Below, in pieces: positions 51,001 through 60,884 of a DNA stretch of 60,884 bases (its first letter is position 1; each line of letters opens with the position of its first letter). Both the position numbers and the translations under genes were made by a program. Origin of the DNA: Fistulifera solaris (Eukaryota). The notes under the pieces were generated by a model, which ran no database searches, was not told the DNA's origin, and saw only the letters and a list, made by a program, of their open reading frames with translations. The DNA is taken from positions 2,666,001 through 2,726,884 of the forward strand of contig AP026162.1 of the NCBI GenBank assembly GCA_030295235.1. The letters are read 5' to 3'.

Positions 51001-54000
51001 AGGTCACTAATCGCAGCGTCGACATCGACTGACAGTCTCAGCAAACTCAAACCGGCCGTCACATTGGCCACAGCTTGTCCTGAAAAGATAGCTTCCACCT
51101 CCGAGACAAGGCCACTAATGCCAGACACTGTCGTAAAGCCGTCTCTGTCGGAAGATTCGGGGCCTGGGTTGGCAAGATAGTAGTTCAACGACTCGTTGAG
51201 ACCGACCGAAAGTTCCATTGGGCCACCGTCCCCGTCGCCAAAGCTAAACTGTGCATCCACACTCCCTTGAAATGCACCAATCGAACACTCATAATCAAGA
51301 GCACCCGCAGCCGCCAATTGAAGTTTGAATCCGGTGGTTCCTATCACGAAAGGATTGACTTTCTTGGTCGCACTCACATACTCCAAGCCGACGCCCATTG
51401 TGAAAACAAGCCCTGCTTCAATTCCGAATTGTCCCTCGCCGGATCCCGGAAGCAATGAATTGGCAAAAAAGTCGAGGCCAGCATTGCCTGCAATGTCCTC
51501 CTCCGAGAAATACTCGGACATGTCCAACACAAACGTTTCCGTCCGAGTAAAAGCCCATTCAAGAGTCAGTTCGACAGTGAGCTCGGAACGGATTTCGTCC
51601 GACGTTGTGGTGATGTTGACTGAAGGAGTTCCACCAACACTATCTTGCAGTAACGTTTCGAGTTTCACTTCCAAAGCCGAAAATGTAGTTGTTGTTTTAT
51701 TGTCGGATGTGGTCGTTTCGTCGATGAGCTCTTGAACAGCATCGACCAAAACTTGAAGAAACGACGCGGTGCTGCAAACACTGATACCAAGGACTTTCAA
51801 TCAAGTTGCAAGTAAACAAGAGTTAGTTTACGCATTATGAGCGTTCCGTGTTCTGTCGACAATCAACCACGTACCTGGAAGCTGATAAGTGAACGCCTCT
51901 TGACCGAGGAGGCCGCCCGAACAGGAATCGACTCCATCATCTTCGCCGCTTCCCACCAAAAACTCGAGAACATCCGCCAAGATGGCGACGACTTGCTTGA
52001 ACGTCAATTTCCGAACATCTCCAATGCCTTCAATATTCACGTCAAATTCGATGTCTGGATACGCAATGTCTTTGGAGAGAAAGTCGATCACAAATGGTTC
52101 CGCAAAACCTCCTTCGGCCGTCGCCGTCGCCAACAAATTGAAGGGTGAACTCGGCTCGACGCTCGCTTCAAAAGTCGCATCAAAGGTAGCCGATGCGTTG
52201 AAAAAGCCAGGAATGTAGCCTCCGCTCGAGTTTGTCGTATCAAAGATATTAATGAGTCCAACGAGCCAGTCGCTGAACGGAAGAAGGTCGCCGGTTCCGA
52301 GCGAGAGTTCCAAGTAGCCCGAAATCTCGCCCGCTAATTCCGCAGTCACCTCAATGACACCACCGACATTGGTAGAAAGTGTGACATCGAGACTGACGGT
52401 AACGTTCGCTGTAATGGATGAATCTCCGATGGCAATCTGCCACTTGCGCTTCGAAAGGCTGAAATCTTCCAAGCCGTAATCATTGGCAATCGGAGAAACC
52501 AATTCATCTTCATTGCACTCCAGCACACTCGCTTGCAATAATTGAGTGTTATCTTCCGTACTATTGCAATTCTGAAAGATGCAGCGAAAGAAATGATAAG
52601 AATGATTGTAAGAGAGCTGTGAGGTGACGGCAAAAATTGCGTCGCCGCAAAAACGCGAAATAAACGCACCTTGAGCAACAACAACTTGACATCACTAATG
52701 ATGGGGTTAAATCGAATCACGAGAAGTGAGTCACCTTGTTCCGTGACCGTTGCGACGTCGCCGAACGCTTCTTCGAGTTCCTGTGTAACAGTTTGACTGG
52801 AACTACTCGCCACCGTCGCATTCAACCAAAATTCTTCGGATGCTCCGTCAACGCTTTCGACATAATAAAGAACAATGTCGAGCGAGTCGGCTTCACAAAC
52901 GAAACCCTCGCCGCCGCAAGGCTCTGCGAGCACCGTCAAACTTTCGTCGTCATTTGCTTCCATCAGCACGCCAAAAACGGCCTGAAATGCAGCGCTGACG
53001 GTCAAATCCAGCGAAGACCCTTCGCTCACGGTAATATCAATCAAGTCACCGATGCCTTCCGATGCGTTTAAGCCAACGGAAAACGAAGCATCCTTAGAGA
53101 AACCAATCACCAATTCGTACGTGGCCGGATTGGGCACAACGGCTTCGGTGTAACTAAACTCGACGGATGCGTCCACAATGTCAATGCTACTCGAAATGGC
53201 TTCCGAAATAAAGTCTGTGAAATTTTGCCAGCTTCGGAAGCGCGGAATCAATGACGGAAAAGCGGGAGTATTGACCGGGAAATTGTAGACGGTTCCCTCG
53301 CCTTGAGAAGTGGCCAGGGGGTTCCATGAAGCCGATCAAATGAACATCCGTGTCGGCATTCGAAACAATAAAGACAAGATCATCTGTATCAACACCGACG
53401 GCGAGAAGACAATTGTTGTCGCATCCTGAGTAATCTCCCGATTCGTCGTCGAAATCGCAGTCGTCGACATCACAAGCTATAAGCCCAGCACAACCAGCCG
53501 CCTGCAACCTAGCCAAGAGTCCAGCCTTGAACGTCGCGGAGTCGGTGTAGTCGTCATCAAAATCAATGCTGCAAACGACACCTTCTTCCTCCACTAGCTC
53601 GTAAAGTGCGGCTTGATTGTCAGGATTCACATTCAATTCCACGCCCGTCGCCTCGTCGCCGATGAGGACGTAAATCTCGTACGTTTTTCCTTCCGTAGAA
53701 CCAGTGGTAGTCGAGCCGAAGGGGTCGGATTGTTTCAAGAAAAGAGACTTGGTCGGACGATCTTCGTAGGGCTCGACTTTCTGAAACAATCGGAGCAAGC
53801 TGGTGGTGACCAAAGACCCAGTCGACAAGATTTCCGCCACGCTGGTATCGGTCAAGGGAATGTTGGTATTGAATGCTTCGTTTTCCTGAGCGCGTACGAT
53901 TGCACTGTCGATCAAACGAAGCATAGCCACGGAATTTTCGGGACTGAAGTTGATAAAATCCTCGGCTTTAAAGCTCTCAAATGTGACGTTGGGAGCCGGA

Positions 54001-54944
54001 TTAAAGATATCCTCTTCAATCACCGAAAAGTAAGCCTCACCACCCAGAGTCAGACCAGGGAATGTCGATCCAAGAGTCATGTTTCCGGCAATCGAATAAC
54101 TCGCAGAACGCTCCAAATAAAAGTCAGAATCACCGAGTCGCGTCCCGAGCGCCGTCGTACAAGTTCCGGTGGTATTATCACAATTCGCCAACTCGAACGT
54201 CGCATCAACAACAGCGGTTGCCGTGGAGAGAAGCTCTAGCACACCCACTCCCACAGTTATGTCCACATCACCATTGGCGGAGATTGTTGCGACGATCGGA
54301 TCGACCGTAATATCTGCAGAGGCCGCATCGGGCGCGAACACGATATCCAGCTGCGCCTTGAAGAGAAGGGTGGCTTGAAAGTCCAGCGAAACATCCATAT
54401 CGATCTCGAAGATATCCGGAATGCTGTCAAACAAGCCATCGCCACTCAAGGTCGAAGTCCGGGTCAGATTGAAGAGCACGCAAAAGTTCAACTGCATCGA
54501 CTCTTCGCCTTCTTGGTAAACAGCTTCAATGTTTTCCGTGCAGCCGTCACCAACGAGAAGGTCCGAAGTAAGATCCAGACTTTGCAAATAGTTCGTCAGT
54601 TCTGCGGCTATCTCTCCACGATTCAGCTCGACATCCACATTGTTGTTTTCATCAATCGTAAACTCAACAAAATCGGAAAAATCAAGTAAAGTTGCAATCG
54701 ACTTGGCCGCATCTCCTCCGATCATTTCGTTGATCGATTCGCCGACAAAAGGAATCTCGGCGTTGAGGATATCTTGCGCGGAAAGAGGACCCGTAATGGC
54801 CGTCAACTCGTCAAAAACTTCCGCTAAATCGGAAACATGGAACGTAAACGCAGTGGGCGCCGCCGTAGGGGCTCCGAAAACATTGGGCAAGCCCGACGAT
54901 GCTAGCAAAAGCCAAAGAACGCCTACCGAGAGACGAAACAACAT
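39047..54944 (-). CDS. Giant (~5,000 aa estimated) acidic secreted protein with many RTX/hemolysin-type GGxGxD Ca-binding repeats and beta-rich domains; about a dozen short introns plus apparent frameshifts
   Basis: Signal MLFRLSVGVLWLLLASSGLPNVFG at 54944. Contiguous D/E/S/T/G-rich minus-strand ORFs run to 39047. Repeats include DGGDGNDVLIG, NGGSGNDLIIGD, GGTNNDIILGDFG and DGGTGNDKL. GT-AG introns, e.g. 52572-52669, join in frame. Confidence 0.85.
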
Positions 54945-56291
54945 GATCTTGTTGCTACTTTGTTGTGTTAACCTTTTGTGTTTCACTGAATGAAAGTGGT
55001 TTTTCAAATGTATTATTTATTGCAATGAATTGCTGTCCGTATCGATGACAACAACGAAATAAATAAATAATGCGGACGAGAAGATTGGCGTTCTGTTGTT
55101 GGTATTTTGCGTTTGTAATGTTGCAAAGGTGCAACGTGCGCGATGGCGCGATGCGCGTTCTTCCGCCAACCTCGTCTACACAAAATGGTATAGTCATAAG
55201 GCGATCTTTTGATTTTTGGCTATCGTTTATCGTTCAACCTGCTCTTGACACCACAAACTTATGGTGGGTTATTGAGTATGGATTAATGTATAGACGGTGT
55301 AGCGCTGTGCAGTGTTCCGGTCATTCATGGTAAAGTTTCGTAACTAGTAACTCGTAACAGCGGATGGCATTTCGCATTTCGGTTTTCGGTTCTCGGTATT
55401 GTTCAGTGTTCAGTGGTAGTACTGGTATTCGTGGACGGTGGACATCGCACAAAGCTCAAAGCTCCAAAGTTCCGAGTGCCTTGTTAAACAGAAAATTTCA
55501 CTTTGTTGAAGGGCAATTAGACAAATTTTCATTTGGTATTCGGTTATAGTCGTGGATGTACAAAGAGAAAATCTAATGGGACTAAGATCTAAGATGGTAT
55601 TAGTGAAAAGTGAAAAGTGAAGGTGTAAGAGAGCGACCAAAAACAGTTAGACACATTATTATGTAGTCTTTCAATCACGATCGATTGATACCAAAAGTAC
55701 TGTCGACTTCCGACTGGGGACTGGGCCGAATGACGAATGAATCTTTGTTACGATTTCTCTTTACTCATTCTCCTCCTTCAAACCAGCAACCATAAGCCCC
55801 ATGTGAACCCCTTCTTCTTTGACATTGCCGTTTATAGAAGCAACACTTTCCTTTTAAAGTCATTTTTTGAAAGGTATTGTTATGGTTTGTGCAGCGGCAA
55901 TCATGCAGCGAAAGACAGTTGAACCGGCAATGTACACTGTCTCTCCAGCGTCGTCAAGCGTGCCCGGTTTTGCATGAGAAGCAGCGATGGGTGCAAAGGG
56001 AGAAGGTTTCAGTCCTTTCGGCCGGTTGGCGGCGTCGAAAATGAAACGATGTAATGCTGTTATACAACGGAGAGTTTGATACAATTTACACTCCGAACTA
56101 GCTACAGCGGTCGACGTCGAAGAGGAAGCCGACTGTCATTTACAGGATTTCTCGTAGATAACGGTTTCTTTGGAGCGTCGGAAGCTAAATCATTTCATTC
56201 ATGGTTTTCTGTCTCTTCAAAATCAGCTCCGATGTGAAGCATGGCGCTAAATGCATGGTTGGCGTGTGAATCTCGGTTGCGGAAATCTTGA

Positions 56292-56320
56292 TTCGGGTTT
56301 GGGTTTGGGTTAGGGTTAGG
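56292..56320 (+). repeat. Interstitial variant telomeric repeats TTCGGG-TTTGGG-TTTGGG-TTAGGG-TTAGG
   Basis: Read directly; same polarity as the terminal telomere. Confidence 0.85.
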
Positions 56321-56479
56321 AATTTGGAAATTGGGATACGGAACTTGGAACATGGAAAAGGAACTTAGAACTAGGTAAATAGGAAGCTGGAACCAGTAAA
56401 CGAGGGAGTAAGGAAGATGGAAGTGAAGGAAATGATGAAAATAAGGGAAAATATAAAAGGTGACGGAAAATGCAAATCA

Positions 56480-57154
56480 AACTATCTTTTTTTATTTTTG
56501 TGGTGCAACAGAGACAATTGCAGCTCTGCGTGGGTGCGTTCGGGTCCATTTCGCAGACTTTGATCAATGTTGTACCAAGATGAGCGGTGTCCTCTTTGTA
56601 GATTTGCTGGGTGTGATGGTAGAGCTTTGTTGTAGTGAGTTGGACCACCGAAGCATCATTACGGAAGGCGATTCCTTGTAGTGCATCCAAAACAAGCTTG
56701 GCAGCAATTGTCAATGTCGGGGAGCATCGTGACAAACTTTGGGGCATTGCTTTTCAAAGGCCATGGTTCTCCCGCGGGCCTGACCATGAAGTGGTGCTTA
56801 GGACGTGGAAAGTAGAACTTGGCGGTAATGGCATACGGGTTGCCATTACAGCGAAAGATACCAGCAGGGGCTTGCATCAATGCCTCCTGAAATGCCTCAC
56901 GGAGCGAGTTCTGATTTGTTTTGCTGGGACTGAACATTTTCACCTTCCCCTGCGCTTTGTTTGTTGTTCGCGAAATTGCGGTACTGCGGTCGTGGCTTCC
57001 GGCGATCTTGCAGGTGAAAGAAGCGTAGGTGATTGTTGAACTCAAACTTTGTTGCTGAATTTGGCGGAAAGTAGTACTCGCCGGGTGCGGTTCCTGGGTG
57101 CTTGGTGCTAGGTTTCCCATGCAAGCCTGATGCTTGGTTACCTTCCTTTGACAT
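56480..57154 (-). CDS. RusA-family crossover-junction (Holliday junction) endodeoxyribonuclease, with apparent frameshifts
   Basis: Stitched frames give SFTCKIAG/KPRPQYR...KMFSPS...AITAKFYFPRPKHHF...PDIDNxx/KLVLDALQGIAFRNDASVVQLTTTKLY...GTTLIKV. This matches the RusA pattern DxDNxxKxxxDAL-x(6-7)-D...K. The exact 3' end is uncertain. Confidence 0.85.
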
Positions 57155-57167
57155 AGTTGATTGTTTG

Positions 57168-58654
57168 CTACACAAGTAATAAGAGAAAGAGTAAGATAAA
57201 ATGCATTGGATATTTATGTAAGAGCGGATTACCTAAAAACATGCAGCGTTTGATGTAATACAAAGAAAATGCAAGACAGAGAGGGCCGATGCCATTGCTC
57301 GAAGCGTTGTTGTTGGGCAAGACCATCAACTCATTGTTGTCGTTCTTGATGGTAATGATCTGCAAGTCGTCCTTGTCACCTTTGGAGAAACCAACCAGGG
57401 CAAGATAGGACCTCGGCTGCATGTTAATTGTTGTCAACTGGACCCCGTTGAGACCAAAGTTGTCTGTTTTCTGCACTAGGAGGTTCTTTGCGGCAAACAC
57501 TGGGAAGAAGCCTGCGTTCCGAGCAGCAGCAACAAGAGGACTCTGCATGTTGCGGATGAAAACGGTCACATACTCCTGCTTCAAACTCAAGTAGAACACC
57601 TGCCCGTTAGGAAAGACTGGCCCATTTTCCGCCATCCAAGTCATTGCAAGCTTATGTTCCTGCAAATCCGCCTCAGGAATCGACCACTCGGGAACAAATG
57701 CACCAATTTCAATACTCGAAAAGTTCCCTCCAGCAGCACGCTTGATACTGACATGGTCCTCCCAGAAAGACGGATTGCTGACTCTCTGACCGTTGTCGTT
57801 GTAGTAAAACTCGGTCCCATTCGCGACAGTTCAAGGTGGAAATCTTCTTGTCGATTAGCCATCAGAGGAATGAGCAAGATATTGGCTTTGTAATTTGTGG
57901 CAAAGCTGCGGGAGCTGGGACGAGTCTCATCCGCGAGGAGCAATGTTTCCAGCATCTGCGAGAGGCGATGAATTCCGATATTCGAAAGTGCCGTCCAGGA
58001 AGCAGGATGCAACAACGCCCGAGAAAAGGTCATTGATGGTAGTGCGAACAGATGCAACATCCATCCCAATGCCAGCAAGCTCGTGGAGAGCGCCATTTGC
58101 GTAAGCGTTGGAGAGCTGCTGGTTATGGGGGCGTCCCACACATTGACAACTCTGCGGCGTGGGCATTGGCCGGTTCCAAAGTGACATTTTGAATCGCGAG
58201 ATAGCACACTGACCAAGGAGCGGGCCTCACTACCATCGGCATTGGGTCCATAGTGGCTCGGACGGACGGCACAATGCAAGCGGAAGGGTTAGATCGCCGA
58301 ACAAAATTGACGAAGCGAGGAGGCTTGGGCGGATCCTCTTCCACGGCAGCCTCTGCCACTGCTCCAGAAGCTGCAGGAGCACCGGCTTCAGCAACCACGG
58401 GTCAGGAACAGGAATGCCACCGGCACGAACCAATCTGTTTTCACGGGGAGGAGAAACAAGCACAGAACTGGGATCCTCCTGCTCCATGCGTCTCTGACAA
58501 GCATCACAGAAACCACGCCCGGATCATTTTCAACATGGACCCGTGATAAAAGGGTAGGTGACCTCAAAGCGGGAAGGCGGGGACCAGAGGATGAACAGCG
58601 GGGAGGCTGAAGCTGCTTTCGCTGCTTCTTATGCGGATTGCGGAAGGGCAGCAT
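57168..58654 (-). CDS. Unknown protein (~450-490 aa if frames are joined), no recognisable family
   Basis: Overlapping protein-like frames 58388-58654, 58123-58398, 57927-58187, 57641-58279 and 57168-57665. The distal duplicate has indels at different positions. Confidence 0.5.
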
Positions 58655-59600
58655 GGTAGGAAGCTTGAAACAAAAGGGCGATTCTTACCTGAAAGATGAT
58701 GAAAATGCAGCCCGGTGTGTGTGTTTTTTTATGCGACAGCGATGCACAACAAGAACTCAAAAGTTTCACGAAAGGCAAAGAACATATAATAACCAGTGAA
58801 ACAAATTGCTTCGCGCAATCCCGAAGAAAAGAAAAGATCCTCTATTTGTGAACCGGCATTTATGTTGAATTGGTATGTGTGCAATAAATACAATTGGCGG
58901 TCGGGCAGCCATTGCAAATGTTCCAGTGTGCTCTTGCTCATTCTTTTTTTGTCAATTTTCCGTCGTCAAGCGGGAAGATAACCAAAGGGCAACAATGTTT
59001 GTTGACAGCAAAGACAACCAGTGAGAACTCCATCCCGTAAAAACAGCCCGCCAAAGTTTCACTGGTTAGGCAGGGGGCCAATGTATCACTTCGCGGCCAG
59101 TAGAGTTGCCGCCCGCATTTGACAGTGAACAGAAAAGAACCATGAGCGCTCCAGATTCCAGCATCGGCATCCCGTCCCCCACCAGCATTCCAAGTATCCC
59201 GTGGAGGGTTGCTGTCATCCAACAATCAAAATTCCCAAGGAGAAGGCGCTCGACCAAGTAAGCATGGCGAGAGGATTCTCTTCTCTGGCGCTGGCTTCAC
59301 TCTGGCGAGATCTCGCGGCCTGCCTCGGAGCTGGGCTCGTACCCTGGATGGCAAAGGGCGTCTTGTGAGCTTTCCTGTTTGGTGGATGAAAGGTTTGGAG
59401 AAGGTTTTCATCTGGGAGGACCCTGACAGCTCGTAAAAGGATTGATTTGCATTGTCCGCGATTGCATCGGCGTTGCTTGTTTCGTGAGTGCGTTGTTGCG
59501 CAACATTTTTGGGTGTGTGAGAGTGTCGTTAGGTGCAAACCAGTAGGAATTCCACGCTGCAAGCTTGCTGCCATAAGAGTACTTTGAGGTACACAGCCCC

Positions 59601-59639
59601 AGGGTTAGGGTTAGGGTTAGGGTTAGGGTTAGGGTTAGG
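59601..59639 (+). repeat. Interstitial telomeric tract (TTAGGG)~6
   Basis: AGGG(TTAGGG)5TTAGG read directly. Confidence 0.97.
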
Positions 59640-59649
59640 TCGGTGCATG

Positions 59650-60488
59650 CATCAGAGGAATGAACAAGATATTGGCTTTGTAATTTGTGGCAAAGCTGCG
59701 GGGAGTTGGGACGAGTCTCATCACGAGGAGCAATGTTTCCAACATCTGCGAGAAGGCGATGAATTCCGATATTCCGAAAGTGCCGTCAGGAAGCAGGATG
59801 CAACAACGCCCGAGAAAAGGTCATTGATGGTAGTGCGAACAGATGCAACATCCATCCCAATGCCAGCAAGCTCGTGGAGAGCGCCATTTGCGTAAGCGTT
59901 GGAGAGCTGCTGGTTATGGGGGCGTCCCACACATTGACAACTCTCGCGGCGTGGGCATTGGCGGTTCCAAAGTGACATTTTGAATCGCGAGATAGCACAC
60001 TGACCAAGGAGCGGGCCTCACTACCATCGGCATTGGGTCCATAGTGGCTCGGGCCGGACGCACAATGCAAGCGGAAGGAGTTCGATCGCGAACAAAATTG
60101 GCCAGCGAGGGAGGCTGGGGCGGATCCTCTTCCGGCAGCCTCTGCCACTGCTCCAGAAGCTGCAGGAGCACCGGCTTCAGCAACCACGGGTCAGGAACAG
60201 GAATGCCACCGGCCGCGAACCAATCTGTTTTCACGGGGAGGAGAAACAAGCACAGAACTGGGATCCTCCTGCTCCATGCGTCTCTGACAAGCATCACAGA
60301 AACATGCGGATCATTTTCAACATGGACCCGTGATGAAAGGATAGGTGACCTCAAGCGGAAGGCGGGGACCAGAGGATGAGCGCGGGGAGGCTGAAGCTGC
60401 TCGCTGCTTCTTGTCTGATTGCGGAAGGGCAACATGGTAGGAAGCTTGAAACAAAGGACGATTCTTACCTGAAAAGATGATGAAAATG
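59650..60488. repeat. Direct duplication of 57860-58707
   Basis: Both copies run from CATCAGAGGAATGA(G/A)CAAGATATTGG to GATGATGAAAATG and differ by scattered substitutions and indels. Confidence 0.97.
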
Positions 60489-60884
60489 GTTAGGGTTAGG
60501 GTTAGGGTTAGGGTTAGGGTTATGGGTTAGGGTTAGGGTTATGGGGTTAGGGTTAGGGTTAGGGTTAGGGTTAGGGTTAGGGTTAGGGGTTAGGGTTAGG
60601 GTTAGGGTTAGGGTTAGGGTTAGGGTTAGGGTTAGGGTTAGGGTTAGGGTTAGGGTTAGGGTTAGGGTTAGGGTTAGGGTTAGGGTTAGGGTTAGGGGTT
60701 GGGGTTAGGGTTAGGGTTAGGGTTGGGGTTAGGGTTAGGGTTAGGGTTAGGGTTAGGGTTAGGGTTAGGGTTAGGGTTAGGGTTAGGGTTAGGGTTAGGG
60801 TTAGGGTTAGGAGGGTTAGGGTTAGGGTTAGTTAGGGTTAGGGTTAGGGTTAGGGTTAGGGTTAGGGTTAGGGTTAGGGTTAGG
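60488..60884 (+). repeat. Terminal telomere (TTAGGG)n
   Basis: About 400 bp of TTAGGG to the window end with the G-strand toward the 3' end, and occasional variant units. Confidence 0.99.

Larger units (their letters stand above)
56321..59600 (-). mobile_element. Candidate telomere-resident element (~3.3 kb) between two telomeric tracts, carrying a RusA-family gene and two unknown reading frames
   Basis: Telomeric repeats at both ends. All recognisable frames point toward the centromere, and part of the unit is duplicated distally. Mobility is inferred, not shown. Confidence 0.5.

Noticed and set aside
50599..54993. Long plus-strand ORFs (e.g. 50599-51180, 53613-54239)
   Set aside because: Antisense shadows of the giant minus-strand gene, with no independent protein features.
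2682..57154. Programmed frameshifting or mass pseudogenisation
   Set aside because: Indels hit host genes and identical LTRs alike, often in homopolymers. Assembly error is the simpler explanation.
56321..59600. Penelope-like (Athena/Coprina) or other autonomous telomeric retrotransposon
   Set aside because: No reverse-transcriptase motifs are visible in any frame. It could only be a non-autonomous derivative.

Overview
Eukaryotic chromosome end, most likely from a pennate diatom (CoDi-type Ty1/copia elements, bipartite plastid-targeting signal, short GT-AG introns, terminal (TTAGGG)n from ~60,488 to the window end). From left to right: nested palindromes; a small Cys-rich secreted ORF; two back-to-back copia retrotransposons (one with near-identical LTRs and a TSD, one ending at its polypurine tract with no visible 3' LTR); a Cys-rich membrane protein; a 5'-truncated LINE-like insertion with a 15-bp TSD; a tandem-CREG gene; five DUF285/BspA-type repeat genes with different repeat numbers; a ~52-bp palindromic satellite; a PhyH dioxygenase; a multi-fasciclin GPI-type protein; a plastid-targeted unknown; and a ~16-kb intron-containing gene for a giant acidic RTX-type Ca-binding secreted protein. 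The most unusual part is the last 4.6 kb. A ~3.3-kb unit bounded on both sides by telomeric repeats carries three co-oriented reading frames, including a RusA-family Holliday-junction resolvase. An ~840-bp duplicate of its middle follows and is capped by the terminal telomere. This is a candidate telomere-resident element. Single-base indels are pervasive, even in host genes and between otherwise identical LTRs, so most frameshifts are probably assembly errors and gene boundaries are approximate.
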